Numbered from the whole stretch's first letter, positions 1-11,914 are shown. The stretch is 63,772 bases of DNA, filler included, from Reclinomonas americana ATCC 50394 (GCA_048213135.1; 5 parts of 3 records of this genome joined end to end with filler, not necessarily neighbours in it); one strand, 5' to 3'. Numbers and translations are program-made. Notes: generated by a model not told the origin, from the sequence alone.

Positions 1-44
1 TTCTCCCTTCTCCCTTACTCTCCCCCCCTTCCCCCTCATCTCAC

Positions 45-2409
45 CAATGGAGGCCGCCATCACCGAATTCACAAACGCCACCGACGAAATGGGCGAGCGG
101 TGGTAGCCGGCGCGCGAAATGGCCTCAAAGGTGCCCGACGGAATCGCATACAGCAGCACCGACGTGCCGGCCCCGATCAGCAGCTCCTCCTTCTCGCTAC
201 TCGTGCAGCTGGTGCGCGGACGAAACGCCACATCGGCCGCCTCGGCAAACGTCTCGTGCTCAATCGCCACCAACTCGGTCCAGTCGTTGTCGACGTCGGT
301 GACAGTGGTGGCGAACACGCGCACCACCGACTCGTCGGGCGACACCATGGCCAGCATGCTGCCGTCGTCGGAGAGCGCCAGCGCTCGCACACTGACGTCG
401 CGGAGGACGCTCTCCTGCAGGTGCATGCTGGCCAGGCGGCCCTCGTCGTCCTCGTCGTCCACCCGCATGTGCACGAGGTGAATGTCGACGCCGGCCGTGT
501 CGCTGGTGGTGTTGGAGCAGGTGGCCACCACAAATGTGCCGTCGGCGCGCAGACCGCGGCTCACCGCCACCGGCGCCTCGGGGTGCCAGTCGTCGTTGGC
601 CGGCAGCCGGGCCAGTTCCACGCTCAGCAGCACGTGCCAGCACACGATGCCGTCGGGGTTCACCGAGAGCACCGTGTAGGGGCAGGCGGGGTGCGTCACG
701 AGTGCGTAGCGTGCCAGCTGTCGCCCGTACTTCCAGCGCGTGGAGCGGAAGCCGCTGGGGATTGAGGGGGAGTGAGAAGAGAGTAAAGGAAGAGGAGGAG
801 GAGAGAGAGAGAGGAGGGACAAGGAAAAAGAAGAAGAACCAAGGCGCACAAGAATTGGTAGAAGAACAACAGGAGAAACAACAAGGAGGAGAAGGAGACC
901 GAGAGGACAAGAAGACAAGAAAACCATGTCGCACAAAACCAAGTCGCAGAACACCAACAAGAAGACCAAGAAGAGAATAAGTAGAAGGAGAAGAACAATA
1001 AGAAGAAGAACAAGAACAAGAACAAACAGAAGAACATCAAGAGGAACAACAAGGAGTTTGAGAAGAACACCGAGAAGAACACCAGAACTCCAAGAAGGAG
1101 AGCAAGAAGCAGAGCAGAAGCAGGAGTAACTGCAGAAGAAGAGCAAGAACAAGAAGCAAATAAAGGCCAAGCGGAAGGAGACAGATGAAGATCAAGGAGA
1201 AGAAGTCAATGAAGAACAACAACAAGAGGAACAGCAAGGAGGTGGAGAAGTAACCAGGAAGAAAACAAGACCAAGTTGCACAAGACCAAGAAGAAGACCG
1301 TGTCACACAAGACCTTGTGGCAGATCACCGAAAAGAAGACTAAAAAGAGAATCGGTAGAAGGAGAACAATAACAAGAAGCAAAAGCAGCAGAAGCAGGAG
1401 CAGAAGACAACGAAGAACAAGAAGAACACGATTAAGAAACCAAGCCGCAGAAGACCAAGAAAGGGACGAAAAGACCAAAAAGAAGAACAACAGCACAAGC
1501 AGCAGCAGTACCAACAGCAGCAGCAGAAGAGGAAAATATGCAACAAGAACAGAGAAACCTCCCTGGCCCTTGCAATTGATGTCAACGAAACGTGCGCTTA
1601 AACTTATTGGGCCACGGCCCACACTGCGGCATGAACTCGGCGATCGGCGGCGCCACGGCGGCACCACGACTGCCACTCATGCTGGCACCGCTGGCGGAGG
1701 GCGATGGCGAGGGCGACATGAAGGAGCGCTGCATGGAGCGCGAATACGACAGCGACGGCGACGCGGAGAACAGCTGACCGCTGCTGCTGCTGTTGTCGTC
1801 CGTGGCGACCGCCCGCCGCGGACGCAGTCGCCGCTCACTGTCTCGCTCCAGCAACCACAAGCGCAGCGACGGCATCCAGTCGAGCGCTCGCTGCTCGTCG
1901 GTAAAAGGACCCGAACCCGGCGATGCATCGGCCAAACCGGTAACCAGTCCCCAGTCGTCGGTGGACGGCGAGACGCGCACCAGCGCCGCCTGCGAGAGCG
2001 GCGTGGTGCGTCGAGCAAACAGGAAGCGCAGGCCGGTGCCGGTGCCACGGTCCACCAGCGAGGCGGTCGGTCGCAGACGTACAGCGGCGTGCGAAAGTCG
2101 CCGCCGTCGGTGGTGCGGCACCGGCGACGGCGACGGCGAAGGCGACGGCCCCATCAGCGCCGACGTGGAGATGGACAGAGGCGACATGGGCGACGGCAAG
2201 GTCGGCGACTGGCGCACGGCAAACGGGCTCATTCCCGGCGAGCCAAAGATGCTCGGGGCGACCGACACCAGCGAGGTCGACTGCGGTGACATGGAAAATG
2301 CTGAGGAATCTAACGAGGTGGCGCGCGACCGCCACTTGGACGACTGACGTGCCGCCTCCGCAGGTGTCGGCCGCACCTCCGAAGAGGTCGGCGGGCGAAT
2401 GGGTATCAT
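45..2409 (-). CDS. Spliced hypothetical protein: Ser/Pro-rich N-terminus followed by a WD40-like beta-propeller region; runs off the left edge
   Basis: Exon ~2409-1592 (MIPIRPPTSS...NKFKR) joins exon 754-45 in frame via a GT-AG intron (1591-755), giving GFRSTRWKYG...VRALALSDDGSMLAMVS...HRSPISSVAF; another GT donor follows at 44. Start codon is uncertain. Confidence 0.65.
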
Positions 2410-2545
2410 TCTGCTGCTCTTCAACAACAACAACAAATGGTCAAAGTGAGAGAGAAAATAAATGAGGTGGCAGATTCTCCTGTCGCCCCCACACGTCATG
2501 ATTCAATCATGACACGGTTTCGTACAGTGTGGGGGTGGTGGGAGT

Positions 2546-3425
2546 CTACAGCTTATGGTGAGTGGCCTCGGCCTCGAAAAACTCACGCAATGCGTCGCCC
2601 TGCACGGGAATCCTGGCAATGTAGCGCCCCGCCACCTCCTTGTCCTCCTCAATGGTCACCGCCGACGAGGCCCTAGGCGGCCAGCGGCAACGCACCTCAA
2701 TGGTGCCCGTCGCCACCGTGTTGCCCGACACAATCACCACGTACGGGAAGCCGAGCATGTGCGCCTCGCGCAGCTTGGTTCCGTTCTCCTCCACGCGGTC
2801 GTCGACGATGACCTCGTCGGTGTAGCCGGCGGTCTGTGACAGGCGCTCCGCGGTGCGAGTGGCCAGTTCGGCGATGGTGGGGTCTACGTGGGCGCCCTTG
2901 CGGCCTTTGCCGGAGAGGGAGAGGACGGCGATTCTGGAAAGAAGGAGGGGAAGGAGGAGAAGGGGTAAGGAGGGAAGGGGGAGAGGCAAGTGAGAAATGA
3001 GCAAGATGAAATGGAGAGAGAAAATGGAGGGTAATGGTGGAGAGAAAGCAAGGAGAGAGAATGAGGACACGAACTAGGATGAGAGAGTACCGACGGGAGA
3101 GGACAAATAGAAAACGAGGGAGCAGAAAGAAACCAAGCGGGATCAAGCGCAGAATAGACATGCTCATGCAAGCAGTGTCGAGCAAGAGAAAAAAGCACAT
3201 CTAGACATCAAGCACACCGTTGTCATTGAGGAGGACGGAGTGAAAGAAGGAATCAAAAGAACAGTGGAGTGTCAATGGAAGAAAACCAGAGAAGAGGACA
3301 TGAGAGGAGAGCCGAGCCTATTGAGAAACAAAGAGCAGCTACGACGGCCCACTTGGCACGGAGATTGAAGGCGTCTAGGAAGAAAGTACACGCACAGGCA
3401 AGCATTTTCGAGCCGCGGAGAAAAC

Positions 3426-3466
<41 letters not shown>

Positions 3467-5698
3467 ACACATCAAGCAATCAGCCGCCTTCTTGGCGGTG
3501 AGAGGGGGATGAACGAGGGGAGAGAAGAAGAGGACATGAGAGGCGTGTCGAGTCAATTGAGAAACGGAGAGCACAATACAGAACAAGCAGCCGCCCCACT
3601 GGTGTTGAGTGACGGAGCGTCGTGCCAACACGGACGCCCTCATTCATCTCATGGCGCCGACTCACCGATACGGCGCCACGGCCACTGGCCATCGCAGCGC
3701 GTCATCCGCAGCGTACAATTCCGCGAGTGCACCAATGACTCGCGACACACCGATCTGCACGCATAAAAGTCGGTGCGCAGTAATCACACACTGCATTGCC
3801 GAGGGCGGACGCACCCCAAAGCAACACATTTCGAATGGTTGAAGCTCTCCCGACGAGGTGGCAAACTTGGCCTCCATCGGCGCCGAGTACTTGGTGCCGA
3901 GGTAAAACACATGACCGAGCTGGGCACAGCGCACAGTGAACTCAGAGGAAGAGAGAGATGCACTCGCATCGATAAACAGAACCTCCAGTCCACGACGCGT
4001 CTGCACACCGGCACAGTCGTTGCGTTCCGCACATTTTGCGCCCTCTGTGCACGGTTTGCCAGTGGCCTGTGCTCGCTCCGCCGACGTGGCGAGACCGCAT
4101 GTCGAGCACGACACGAGAATGTCTTCGCCTACGTCGCAGGGAACCTGCGCGTCGATGAAGAGTCAGCATGCCAGTCGCAGGAGAGACTGCGGAGCGAAAC
4201 GACGAGCCTGAAATTCGTGCGACAAGGATCCGCCAATGCTGCCCGAGTCGGCTTCGACACACACCGCGGGCAGTCGTAGCCGCTCGAAGACGCGAATGTA
4301 CGCCTGTCGCACCTCTTCGTAGGTAACCATGGCCTCCTCGACCGTGGCGTCGAACGAGTACATGTCCTTCATTACAAATTCGCGACCGCGCAGCAGGCCG
4401 AAACGGGGGCGGATTTCGTCGCGGAATTTGGGGCCTGGTTGAAAGGGAGGGCGATGAGAAAAGGAGCGAGGAAATGGGGGGAGGATAACAGCACACCTAT
4501 TTGATACAACCGTAGTGGCAGTTGACGATACGAGGTGGCCACCTTGCTGGCCACATCTGTAATCACCTCTTCGTGGGTGGGCGACAGGCAGTACTCGGCT
4601 TGTTTGCGATCGCGCACTCGCATCAACTGAGCAAAAAAAAACGTAAACAAACACACGCAGGGAGAGAATGCATGCGAGGGGAGACGCACTTCCTCATCAG
4701 CGGTCGCCCATCGCCCGCTCTTCTTCCACAGATCGGCGTCGGTGAGTAGTGGCATGGAGAGGCGAACACCGCCTGTGACGAAGCAGTCAGTGTGTGAGGG
4801 AAAGGGAGGGAGATAGCGACTCTAAGGAGGCGGAGAAGATGAAGGAGGAAGAGGAGAAGGAGGAGAAGGAGGAGGAGGAGGAGGAGGAGGAGGGGACAAA
4901 GGAGCAAGAGAAAGCAAGAGGATGACGAGGAGGAGCAGAAGAACAAGAAGAAGATGAAGGCGGAGGAGGAAGGAGAGGAGAGAGGTGGTGAAGAAGAAGA
5001 AGAAGAAGAAGGAGAAGAAGAAGAAGAAGAAGAAGAAGAAGAAGAAGAAGAAGAAGAAGAAGAAGAAGAGGATGGGGATGAGGAGGAGGAGAAGAACAAG
5101 AACAAGAAGATGGAGGAGGAGGAGGATGAGGAGACGGGGAAGAAGAAGAAGAAGAAAAAGGAGGAGGAAGACAAGGAAACGACAAGGAAGAAGAAGAAGG
5201 CGAGTCGCATCTTGTCAATGAAGCCCCTTCACTTCCCCTTCTGCCTTCTCAGCAACTCACCCACTCGTTGCATCTCTTGATCAATCACACTGCTCACTTT
5301 CCCGAGCAGTCGCAGCGCCAGAGGCATCAGAGTGAACACACCAACAGAAGACTGCAAAAACAACAGATCAGAAAACAACCCTTGCATGCACTCATTCTCT
5401 CTCTCTCACAAACACACACTCACTCACTCACTCACTCACTCACTCACTCACGCACGCACGCACTCTCTCTCTCTCTCACACACAATCTCTCTTCTTCCTT
5501 CACACACACCCTTCATCCTTGCACTCAATGCATTCACTCTATCCTTCCCTTTCTCTCTCTCTCTCTCTATCCCTCCTTCGCGACCTTCTGAATGAAGCCT
5601 GTTTGTGCCAAGAGTTTGTGACTCTTGATGGCGGCATCTGCAGGTGCCTCGCGGAACACGCGAATGCCGGCGAGAGAGAAGCGCGCCAACATGTGCAT
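2546..5698 (-). CDS. PARS2: Prolyl-tRNA synthetase, bacterial/mitochondrial type (multi-exon)
   Basis: Exons encode [105 protein letters not shown] and an anticodon-binding C-terminus (DDR...[14 protein letters not shown]). Confidence 0.95.
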
Positions 5699-5851
5699 GT
5701 AATGATTTCGAACAATCAATAAGGACTGCGTGAGAGGACACTCGTATGTTTTCACTGCAAACAACGCCTGCAACAAGCAAACAACACGACTTTGGCGAAG
5801 CAGGGGAGCAGAAGACCAGAGAACGACATGTATTACAAAGACAACTGCGCA

Positions 5852-5968
5852 TCACCACCCGCTGCGAGGGTCATCGGCAAAGCATCGATACACCAGCACC
5901 TCCGTGTCCTCCACCAGGAAGGCGCACCGAGGATCCTCTTCCCCCACTTCCTCCAGCATTTCCTGCAT
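5852..5968 (-). pseudogene. Orphan 3' remnant (C-terminal tail only) of the WD40 gene family
   Basis: Encodes QEMLEEVGEEDPRCAFLVEDTEVLVYRCFADD..GW*, the family tail with an internal deletion and no WD repeats upstream. Confidence 0.8.
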
Positions 5969-6028
5969 GGCATGCATGCTTGATCTAAAGGCCATAGAAG
6001 ACGCAGATCCTCACGTACTTCACGCCTT

Positions 6029-7114
6029 TCACCACCCGAGAGAGTCATCGACAAAGCATCGATACACCAGCACCTCGGCATCCTCGACCAAGAAACAGCG
6101 CACCACAATCTCCGCCAAGCATCGGGGATCCTCTTCACCCACTTCTTCCAGCATCTCCTGCGCCACCCGCATCGCCGAACGAGCGCAGTCGAGCTCCTGT
6201 CGAGCGAGACCGCGCGGCGTGGACCACACACGCACGGTCTTGTCGTTGCCCCCCGTCACAATGTGCTGACCATCAGGGGTGACAGCGACAGAGCACACCG
6301 CATCAGTGTGTCCCTCTAACCGTCGCACTTCCTCTCCACTCACCAACGACCACACGCGCACACTCCTATCGTGACTACCGCTCACAATATGCTCACCATC
6401 TGCCATGGCGGCGACGCTAGACACAGCACCAGTGTGCCCCTGAAGCCGCCGTACTTCCTTGCCACTCTCCACAGACCACACTCGCGCCGTGCAGTCATAA
6501 CTCCCGCTGATAATGCACTTGCCGTTGGGAGTGACGGCCACTGACATCACTCCGTTTGTGTGTCCCTCCAACCGCCGCACCTCCTCGCCACTCGCCAGAG
6601 ACCACACTCGCACAGTCTCATCATCACTCCCGCTCACTATGGATTGACCATCGGGGGTGACAGCGACCGCATTCACCCAATCCGAGTGCCCGGTCATGCG
6701 GTTCACTTCTTCTCCACTCGCGAGTGCCCACACACGCACAGTGTTATCAGAACTGCCGCTGACAATGTGTTGACCATCGGGAGTGATGGCGACTGACCAC
6801 ACAGTTCCGTTGTGACCCTCCAACCGTCGCGAGTCCTCTACATCTCTGCTCTCTAGAGACCACACCTGAACAGTCTTTTCCCCGCCACTCACGACGTGCT
6901 GGCCATTGGGAGTGACAGCTATGGACCAAACCGCACAATTGTGTCCCTCCACTCGTCGCACCTCCCTGCCACTCGCCAGCGACCAAACACGCACCGTGTT
7001 GTCACCACTTCCACTCACGATGAACTCGCCGTCGGCGGTGACAGCGACAGATGACACGGCTGATGTATGGCCAAGCAGGGGTTTGTGAGGGAGGGAGGGA
7101 GGAGCAGAGGTCAT
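6029..7114 (-). CDS. Intronless WD40-repeat protein with conserved C-terminal tail (cluster 1)
   Basis: 361-aa ORF, seven GH...VAVTPDG..IVSGS.D.TVRVW repeats, tail LARQELDCARSAMR...EEDPRCLAEIVVRCFLVEDAEV. Confidence 0.93.
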   Translation of the reverse strand: MTSAPPSLPHKPLLGHTSAVSSVAVTADGEFIVSGSGDNTVRVWSLASGREVRRVEGHNCAVWSIAVTPNGQHVVSGGEKTVQVWSLESRDVEDSRRLEGHNGTVWSVAITPDGQHIVSGSSDNTVRVWALASGEEVNRMTGHSDWVNAVAVTPDGQSIVSGSDDETVRVWSLASGEEVRRLEGHTNGVMSVAVTPNGKCIISGSYDCTARVWSVESGKEVRRLQGHTGAVSSVAAMADGEHIVSGSHDRSVRVWSLVSGEEVRRLEGHTDAVCSVAVTPDGQHIVTGGNDKTVRVWSTPRGLARQELDCARSAMRVAQEMLEEVGEEDPRCLAEIVVRCFLVEDAEVLVYRCFVDDSLGW

Positions 7115-7315
7115 GGTGTGTGTGCGTGGCGTGAGACGGACGGGGAATGCGTGTCCTTTTCTGAGAGGACGGACGTGGACGGATTGAGTCCGTCGCTGGA
7201 GGCTTCTTTACAAGTTCACTGTGTGGATTACACGAGACCAGAGGGTCAGAGAACGACATGGAGAGAATCAAGAGAGTAAAGGCCATAGAAGACGCAGATC
7301 CTCGCTTCTCGACCA

Positions 7316-7517
7316 TCACCACCCAAGGGAGTCATCGGCAAAGCAACGATACACCAGCGCTTCGGCATCCTCCACCAGGAAGCAGCGCAGCACGATCTCC
7401 ACCAAGCGCCGAGGATCCTCTTCGCCCACTTCTTCAAGCATCTCCTGCACAACCCGCATAGCCGAACGAGCGCAGTCGAGTTCCTGATGAGCGAGTCCGC
7501 GCGGCGTGGACCACACG
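7316..7517 (-). CDS. WD40 family copy; only the 3' end is visible and the rest is in an N gap
   Basis: VWSTPRGLAHQELDCARSAMRVVQEMLEEVGEEDPRRLVEIVLRCFL...GW*; the family 5' flank resumes at 7905. Confidence 0.8.
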
Positions 7518-8087
7518 NNNNNNNNNNNNNNNNNNNNNNNNNNNNNNNNNNNNNNNNNNNNNNNNNNNNNNNNNNNNNNNNNNNNNNNNNNNNNNNNNNN
7601 NNNNNNNNNNNNNNNNNNNNNNNNNNNNNNNNNNNNNNNNNNNNNNNNNNNNNNNNNNNNNNNNNNNNNNNNNNNNNNNNNNNNNNNNNNNNNNNNNNNN
7701 NNNNNNNNNNNNNNNNNNNNNNNNNNNNNNNNNNNNNNNNNNNNNNNNNNNNNNNNNNNNNNNNNNNNNNNNNNNNNNNNNNNNNNNNNNNNNNNNNNNN
7801 NNNNNNNNNNNNNNNNNNNNNNNNNNNNNNNNNNNNNNNNNNNNNNNNNNNNNNNNNNNNNNNNNNNNNNNNNNNNNNNNNNNNNNNNNNNNNNNNNNNN
7901 NNNNGTGTAGTGGCGGAGAATGCGTGTCCTTCGTTTAGAGGACGGACGTGGACGGATTGAGTCCGTCGCTGGAGGCTTCTTTACAAGTTTACTGTGGAGT
8001 ATACAAGCCCAGAGGGCCAGCGGACGACACGAAAAGAATCCAAAGAGGGAATGCCATAGAAGACGCAGATCCTTGCAACATCGACGA

Positions 8088-9170
8088 TCACCACCCGAGA
8101 GAGTCGTCAGCAAAGCATCGATACACCAGCACCTCGGCATCCTCCACCAGGAAACAGCGCAGCACAATCTCCGCCAGGCATCGGGGATCCTCTTCCCCCA
8201 CTTCTTCCAGCATTTCCTGCACCGCCCGCATCGCCGAACGCGCGCAGTCGAGCTCCTGTCGAGCGAGACCGCACGGCGTGGACCACACACGCACAGTCTT
8301 GTCGTTACCCCCCGTCACGATGTACTGGTGGTCATTGGTGACAGCAACTGACAGCACCGAATCCGTGTGGCCTTCCAATCGTCGCACTTCTTCTCCACTC
8401 GCCAGCGACCACACGCGCACTGTCTTGTCGGTGCCCCCACTGATAATGCGTTGACCATCAAGGGTGATGACGACACAACACACCAAGCCTGTGTGTCCCT
8501 CAATCCGTCGCACCTCTTCTCCACTCCCCAGCAACCAGACTCGCACTGTTTTGTCCCAGCTACCACTCACAACATGCTGCCCGTCGGGAGTGACAGCGAC
8601 AGAGCTGACAGCCATAGTATGTCCCTCCAATCGTCGCACTTCCTCGCCAGTCGTCACAGACCACACACGCACTGTCTTGTCACCACTCCCGCTGACAACA
8701 AACTGACCATTGGGTGTGATGGCGAGAGAATAAACAGTGTCAGAGTGGCCCTGTAATCGTCGCACTTCCTCCCCCGTCGCCAGTGACCACACACGTACTG
8801 TCTTGTCCCAGCTACCACTCACGACACGTTGCCCGTCGGGAGCCACAGCGACGGAGCTGACAACCCAAGTGTCTCCCTCTAGCCGTCGCACTTCTTCTCC
8901 ACTTGCCATACACCACACTCGTACAGTCTTGTCAGCGCTCCCGCTCACAACGTGCCGCCCGTCGGGAGTGACAGCGACACAAAACACATATACAGCGTGT
9001 CCCTCCAAGCGTCGCATCTCCTTGCCACTTGCCAGTGACCACACACGCACAGTCTTATCGATGCCCCCACTCACGATGAACTCGCTGTTGGGAGTGATGG
9101 CGATAGATGACACGGATTCAGTGTGGCCGCGCAAGACTCTGCAGGGGAGGGAGAGAGGGGCAGAGGCCAT
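8088..9170 (-). CDS. Intronless WD40-repeat protein with conserved tail (cluster 1)
   Basis: 360-aa ORF, seven WD repeats, same tail. Confidence 0.93.
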   Translation of the reverse strand: MASAPLSLPCRVLRGHTESVSSIAITPNSEFIVSGGIDKTVRVWSLASGKEMRRLEGHAVYVFCVAVTPDGRHVVSGSADKTVRVWCMASGEEVRRLEGDTWVVSSVAVAPDGQRVVSGSWDKTVRVWSLATGEEVRRLQGHSDTVYSLAITPNGQFVVSGSGDKTVRVWSVTTGEEVRRLEGHTMAVSSVAVTPDGQHVVSGSWDKTVRVWLLGSGEEVRRIEGHTGLVCCVVITLDGQRIISGGTDKTVRVWSLASGEEVRRLEGHTDSVLSVAVTNDHQYIVTGGNDKTVRVWSTPCGLARQELDCARSAMRAVQEMLEEVGEEDPRCLAEIVLRCFLVEDAEVLVYRCFADDSLGW

Positions 9171-9434
9171 GGGTGCTTATGTGGCGCGCGAGAGAAAGGA
9201 AAGAAGCTGACAGAGAGAAGTCCTTTGCCGCGGGGACACGGTTGTGAAGTCGCGGATGGACTGCTGTGCACGCTGTGATACAATGCTGCTGCAGAGCCGT
9301 TTACTACTGCGCTGTGCATAGAACAAAGCGTTTGGAGACCAGATGGTCAGAGAATGACATGGCAAAGAATCAAAATAAAAAGCTGAAGTGAAGAGAAACT
9401 CGAGGGCACAGGGAGCGCCACCACTCCCGACCCA

Positions 9435-10511
9435 TCACAAGCCGTCAGCGACCAACCAATGGGCGACCACCACGGCATCCTCCACCAGGAAGCAGCGCAG
9501 CACTATCTCCGCCAAGCAGCGCGGATCCTGCTCATCGCACTCGCTCTCTCGCTGCATCGCATGCACAGCGGCCAAGGCCGAGCGTGCCCACTGGAGTTCC
9601 GATTGTGCGAGACCGCGCAGCGTCGACCACACTCGGACCGTCATGTCTCCACCGCCACTCACAATGTGCTCGCCATTGGGAGTGACGGCCACACAGCACA
9701 CTACGTTGTCGTGGCTCAGCTGGCGCACCGCCTCGCCGCTCGTCAGCGACCACGCACGAACTGTACAGTCATCGCCTCCGCTCACCATGTGTTGACCGTC
9801 CGGCGTGACGGCGACGCAAGCCACAGCGCCAGAGTGCGCCTCAAATCGTCGCACCTCTTCTCCACTCGCCAGCAACCAGACTCGCACTGTGCCGTCACAA
9901 CTCCCGCTGACAACGTACATGCCATCGGGAGTGATCGTGACCGAGTTGACACCTCCAGTGTGCCCCTCCAACCGTCGCACCTCCTCGCCACTCGCCAACG
10001 ACCACACGCGCATTGTGCAGTCGTTGCCTCCACTCACAGCGTGCTGGCCGTCGGGAGTGACGGCGACAGACCACACCCACTCCTCATGTCCCCTCAATAG
10101 CCGCACTTCCTCCCCGCTCGCCAGTGACCACACACGCACAGTGTTGTCGGCACTACCGCTGACAATGCGCTGGCCATCGGGAGTGACAGCAACACAGAAC
10201 AACTGTCCAGTGTGTCCCTCCAGCCGCCGCTCTTCTTCCCCATTCACCAACGACCACACGCGCACTGTCTTGTCGGCACTCCCACTGACAGCATGCAGGC
10301 CGTCGGGAGTGACAGCGACACACGAGACTCGTGCAGTGTGCCCCTCCAACTGCAACAGGTCCTTGCCAGTTGCCAGTGACCACACACGCACAGTCTTGTC
10401 GATGCTCGCACTCACGATGAGCTCGCCGTCGGGAGTGATGGCGACAGATGACACGGCTGATGTGTGGCCATGCAGGGTTTTGTGGCAGAGGGAGGGCGGG
10501 GCAGAGGTCAT
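9435..10511 (-). CDS. Intronless WD40-repeat protein with diverged tail (cluster 1)
   Basis: 358-aa ORF, seven WD repeats, tail ELQWARSALAAV...EQDPRCLAEIVLRCFLVEDA. Confidence 0.93.
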   Translation of the reverse strand: MTSAPPSLCHKTLHGHTSAVSSVAITPDGELIVSASIDKTVRVWSLATGKDLLQLEGHTARVSCVAVTPDGLHAVSGSADKTVRVWSLVNGEEERRLEGHTGQLFCVAVTPDGQRIVSGSADNTVRVWSLASGEEVRLLRGHEEWVWSVAVTPDGQHAVSGGNDCTMRVWSLASGEEVRRLEGHTGGVNSVTITPDGMYVVSGSCDGTVRVWLLASGEEVRRFEAHSGAVACVAVTPDGQHMVSGGDDCTVRAWSLTSGEAVRQLSHDNVVCCVAVTPNGEHIVSGGGDMTVRVWSTLRGLAQSELQWARSALAAVHAMQRESECDEQDPRCLAEIVLRCFLVEDAVVVAHWLVADGL

Positions 10512-10705
10512 GGTGTGTTGGCGAAGACACGGAGAATGCTGCGTGTCCTTTGCTGAGAGGACGGACGTGGATGGCGATCGCTGGAGGCTTCTTTACACTT
10601 GTTTACGAGTCCAGAGGGCCAGAGAACGACATGGAGAGAATCTAGAGAGGAAACGCTAAAGTCGAAATAAGAAGAAGACTCACGAAGAAGAGACGACATT
10701 GACCA

Positions 10706-11788
10706 TCACCACCCAAGGGAGTCGTCGGTAAAGCATCGATAAACCTGCGCTTCGGCGTCCTCCACCAGGAAACAGCGCAGCACGATCTCCACCAGGCACC
10801 GAGGATCCTCTTCCCCCACTTCTTCCAGCATCTCCTGCACCGCCCGCATCGCCGAACGAGCGCAGTCGAGCTCCTGTCGAGCGAGACCGCGCGGCGTCGA
10901 CCACACCCGCACTGTCTCGTCTTCGCCTCCGCTGACAATGCGCTGGCCATCGGGAGTGACAGCAACTGAATGCACCCAATCCGTGTGGCCTTCCAATCGC
11001 CGCACTTCTTCTCCGCTCGTCAGCGACCACACGCGCACTGTCTTATCGGCACCCGCACTGACAAGGCGTTGACCATCGGGAGAGACGGCGACGAAAGACA
11101 CAGAACCGGCGTGCCCCTGCAGCCGTCGCACCTCTTCGCCACTTGACAGCGACCACACTCGCACTATGCCGTCATAACTCCCGCTGATAATGTGCTCATC
11201 ATTGGGAGTGACGGCCACCGACATTGCACCGTATGTGTGTCCCTCCAACCGTCGCACCTCTTCGCCACTCATCAGAACCCACACTCGCACAGTCTCATCA
11301 TCACTCCCACTCACTATGAACTGACCATCAGCAGTGATGGCAACCGAGAGCACCCAATCCGAGTGCCCGCTCATGCAGGTCACTTCCTCCCCGCTCGCCA
11401 GTGACCACACGCGCACAGTGTTGTCCGTACTCCCGCTCACAATGTGTTGGCCGTCGGGAGTCACGGCGACAGACATTACCCAGCTCGTGTGTCCCTGCAG
11501 CCGTCGCACTTCCTCTCCCTTTGCTGCCGACCACACACGCACTGTGGTGTCAGCGCTCCCACTCACAAAGTGCCGTCCGTTGGGAGTGACAATGACACGG
11601 ATCACATCTCCAGTGTGTCCCTCCAAGCGTCGCAACTCCTTGCCAGTCGCCAGGGACCAAACACGCACGGTGTTGTCGTCACTCCCCGTGACAATGAACT
11701 CGCCGTCGGGAGTGATGGCGACAGAGGACACGGCCGATGTGTGGCCGTGCAAGGATGTGTGAGGGAGGGAGGGAGGGGCAGAGGCCAT
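10706..11788 (-). CDS. Intronless WD40-repeat protein with conserved tail (cluster 1)
   Basis: ATG at 11788 (MASAPPSLPH) matches the paralog starts; seven WD repeats and the tail. Confidence 0.93.
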   Translation of the reverse strand: MASAPPSLPHTSLHGHTSAVSSVAITPDGEFIVTGSDDNTVRVWSLATGKELRRLEGHTGDVIRVIVTPNGRHFVSGSADTTVRVWSAAKGEEVRRLQGHTSWVMSVAVTPDGQHIVSGSTDNTVRVWSLASGEEVTCMSGHSDWVLSVAITADGQFIVSGSDDETVRVWVLMSGEEVRRLEGHTYGAMSVAVTPNDEHIISGSYDGIVRVWSLSSGEEVRRLQGHAGSVSFVAVSPDGQRLVSAGADKTVRVWSLTSGEEVRRLEGHTDWVHSVAVTPDGQRIVSGGEDETVRVWSTPRGLARQELDCARSAMRAVQEMLEEVGEEDPRCLVEIVLRCFLVEDAEAQVYRCFTDDSLGW

Positions 11789-11914
11789 GGAAGGAGTGTG
11801 TGCGAGACAGCGAAGGGAAACTTGTAAGCGGACATGTGAACGGAACCAATCGAGCGTCGCAGTCACCCCACTCTCAGGAGGAGAAGCGGTCTTCTTCATT
11901 GACGTTCGGGGTTG

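Noticed and set aside
760-1590. Long K/R/E-rich or L/F/S-rich ORFs (also 4780-5220, 40150-40620, 54130-54330)
   Set aside because: They are translations of low-complexity introns, and the flanking exons splice cleanly across them.
9805-10659. Long antisense ORFs over the WD40 genes
   Set aside because: Shadow frames of GC-rich repetitive coding sequence with no independent features.
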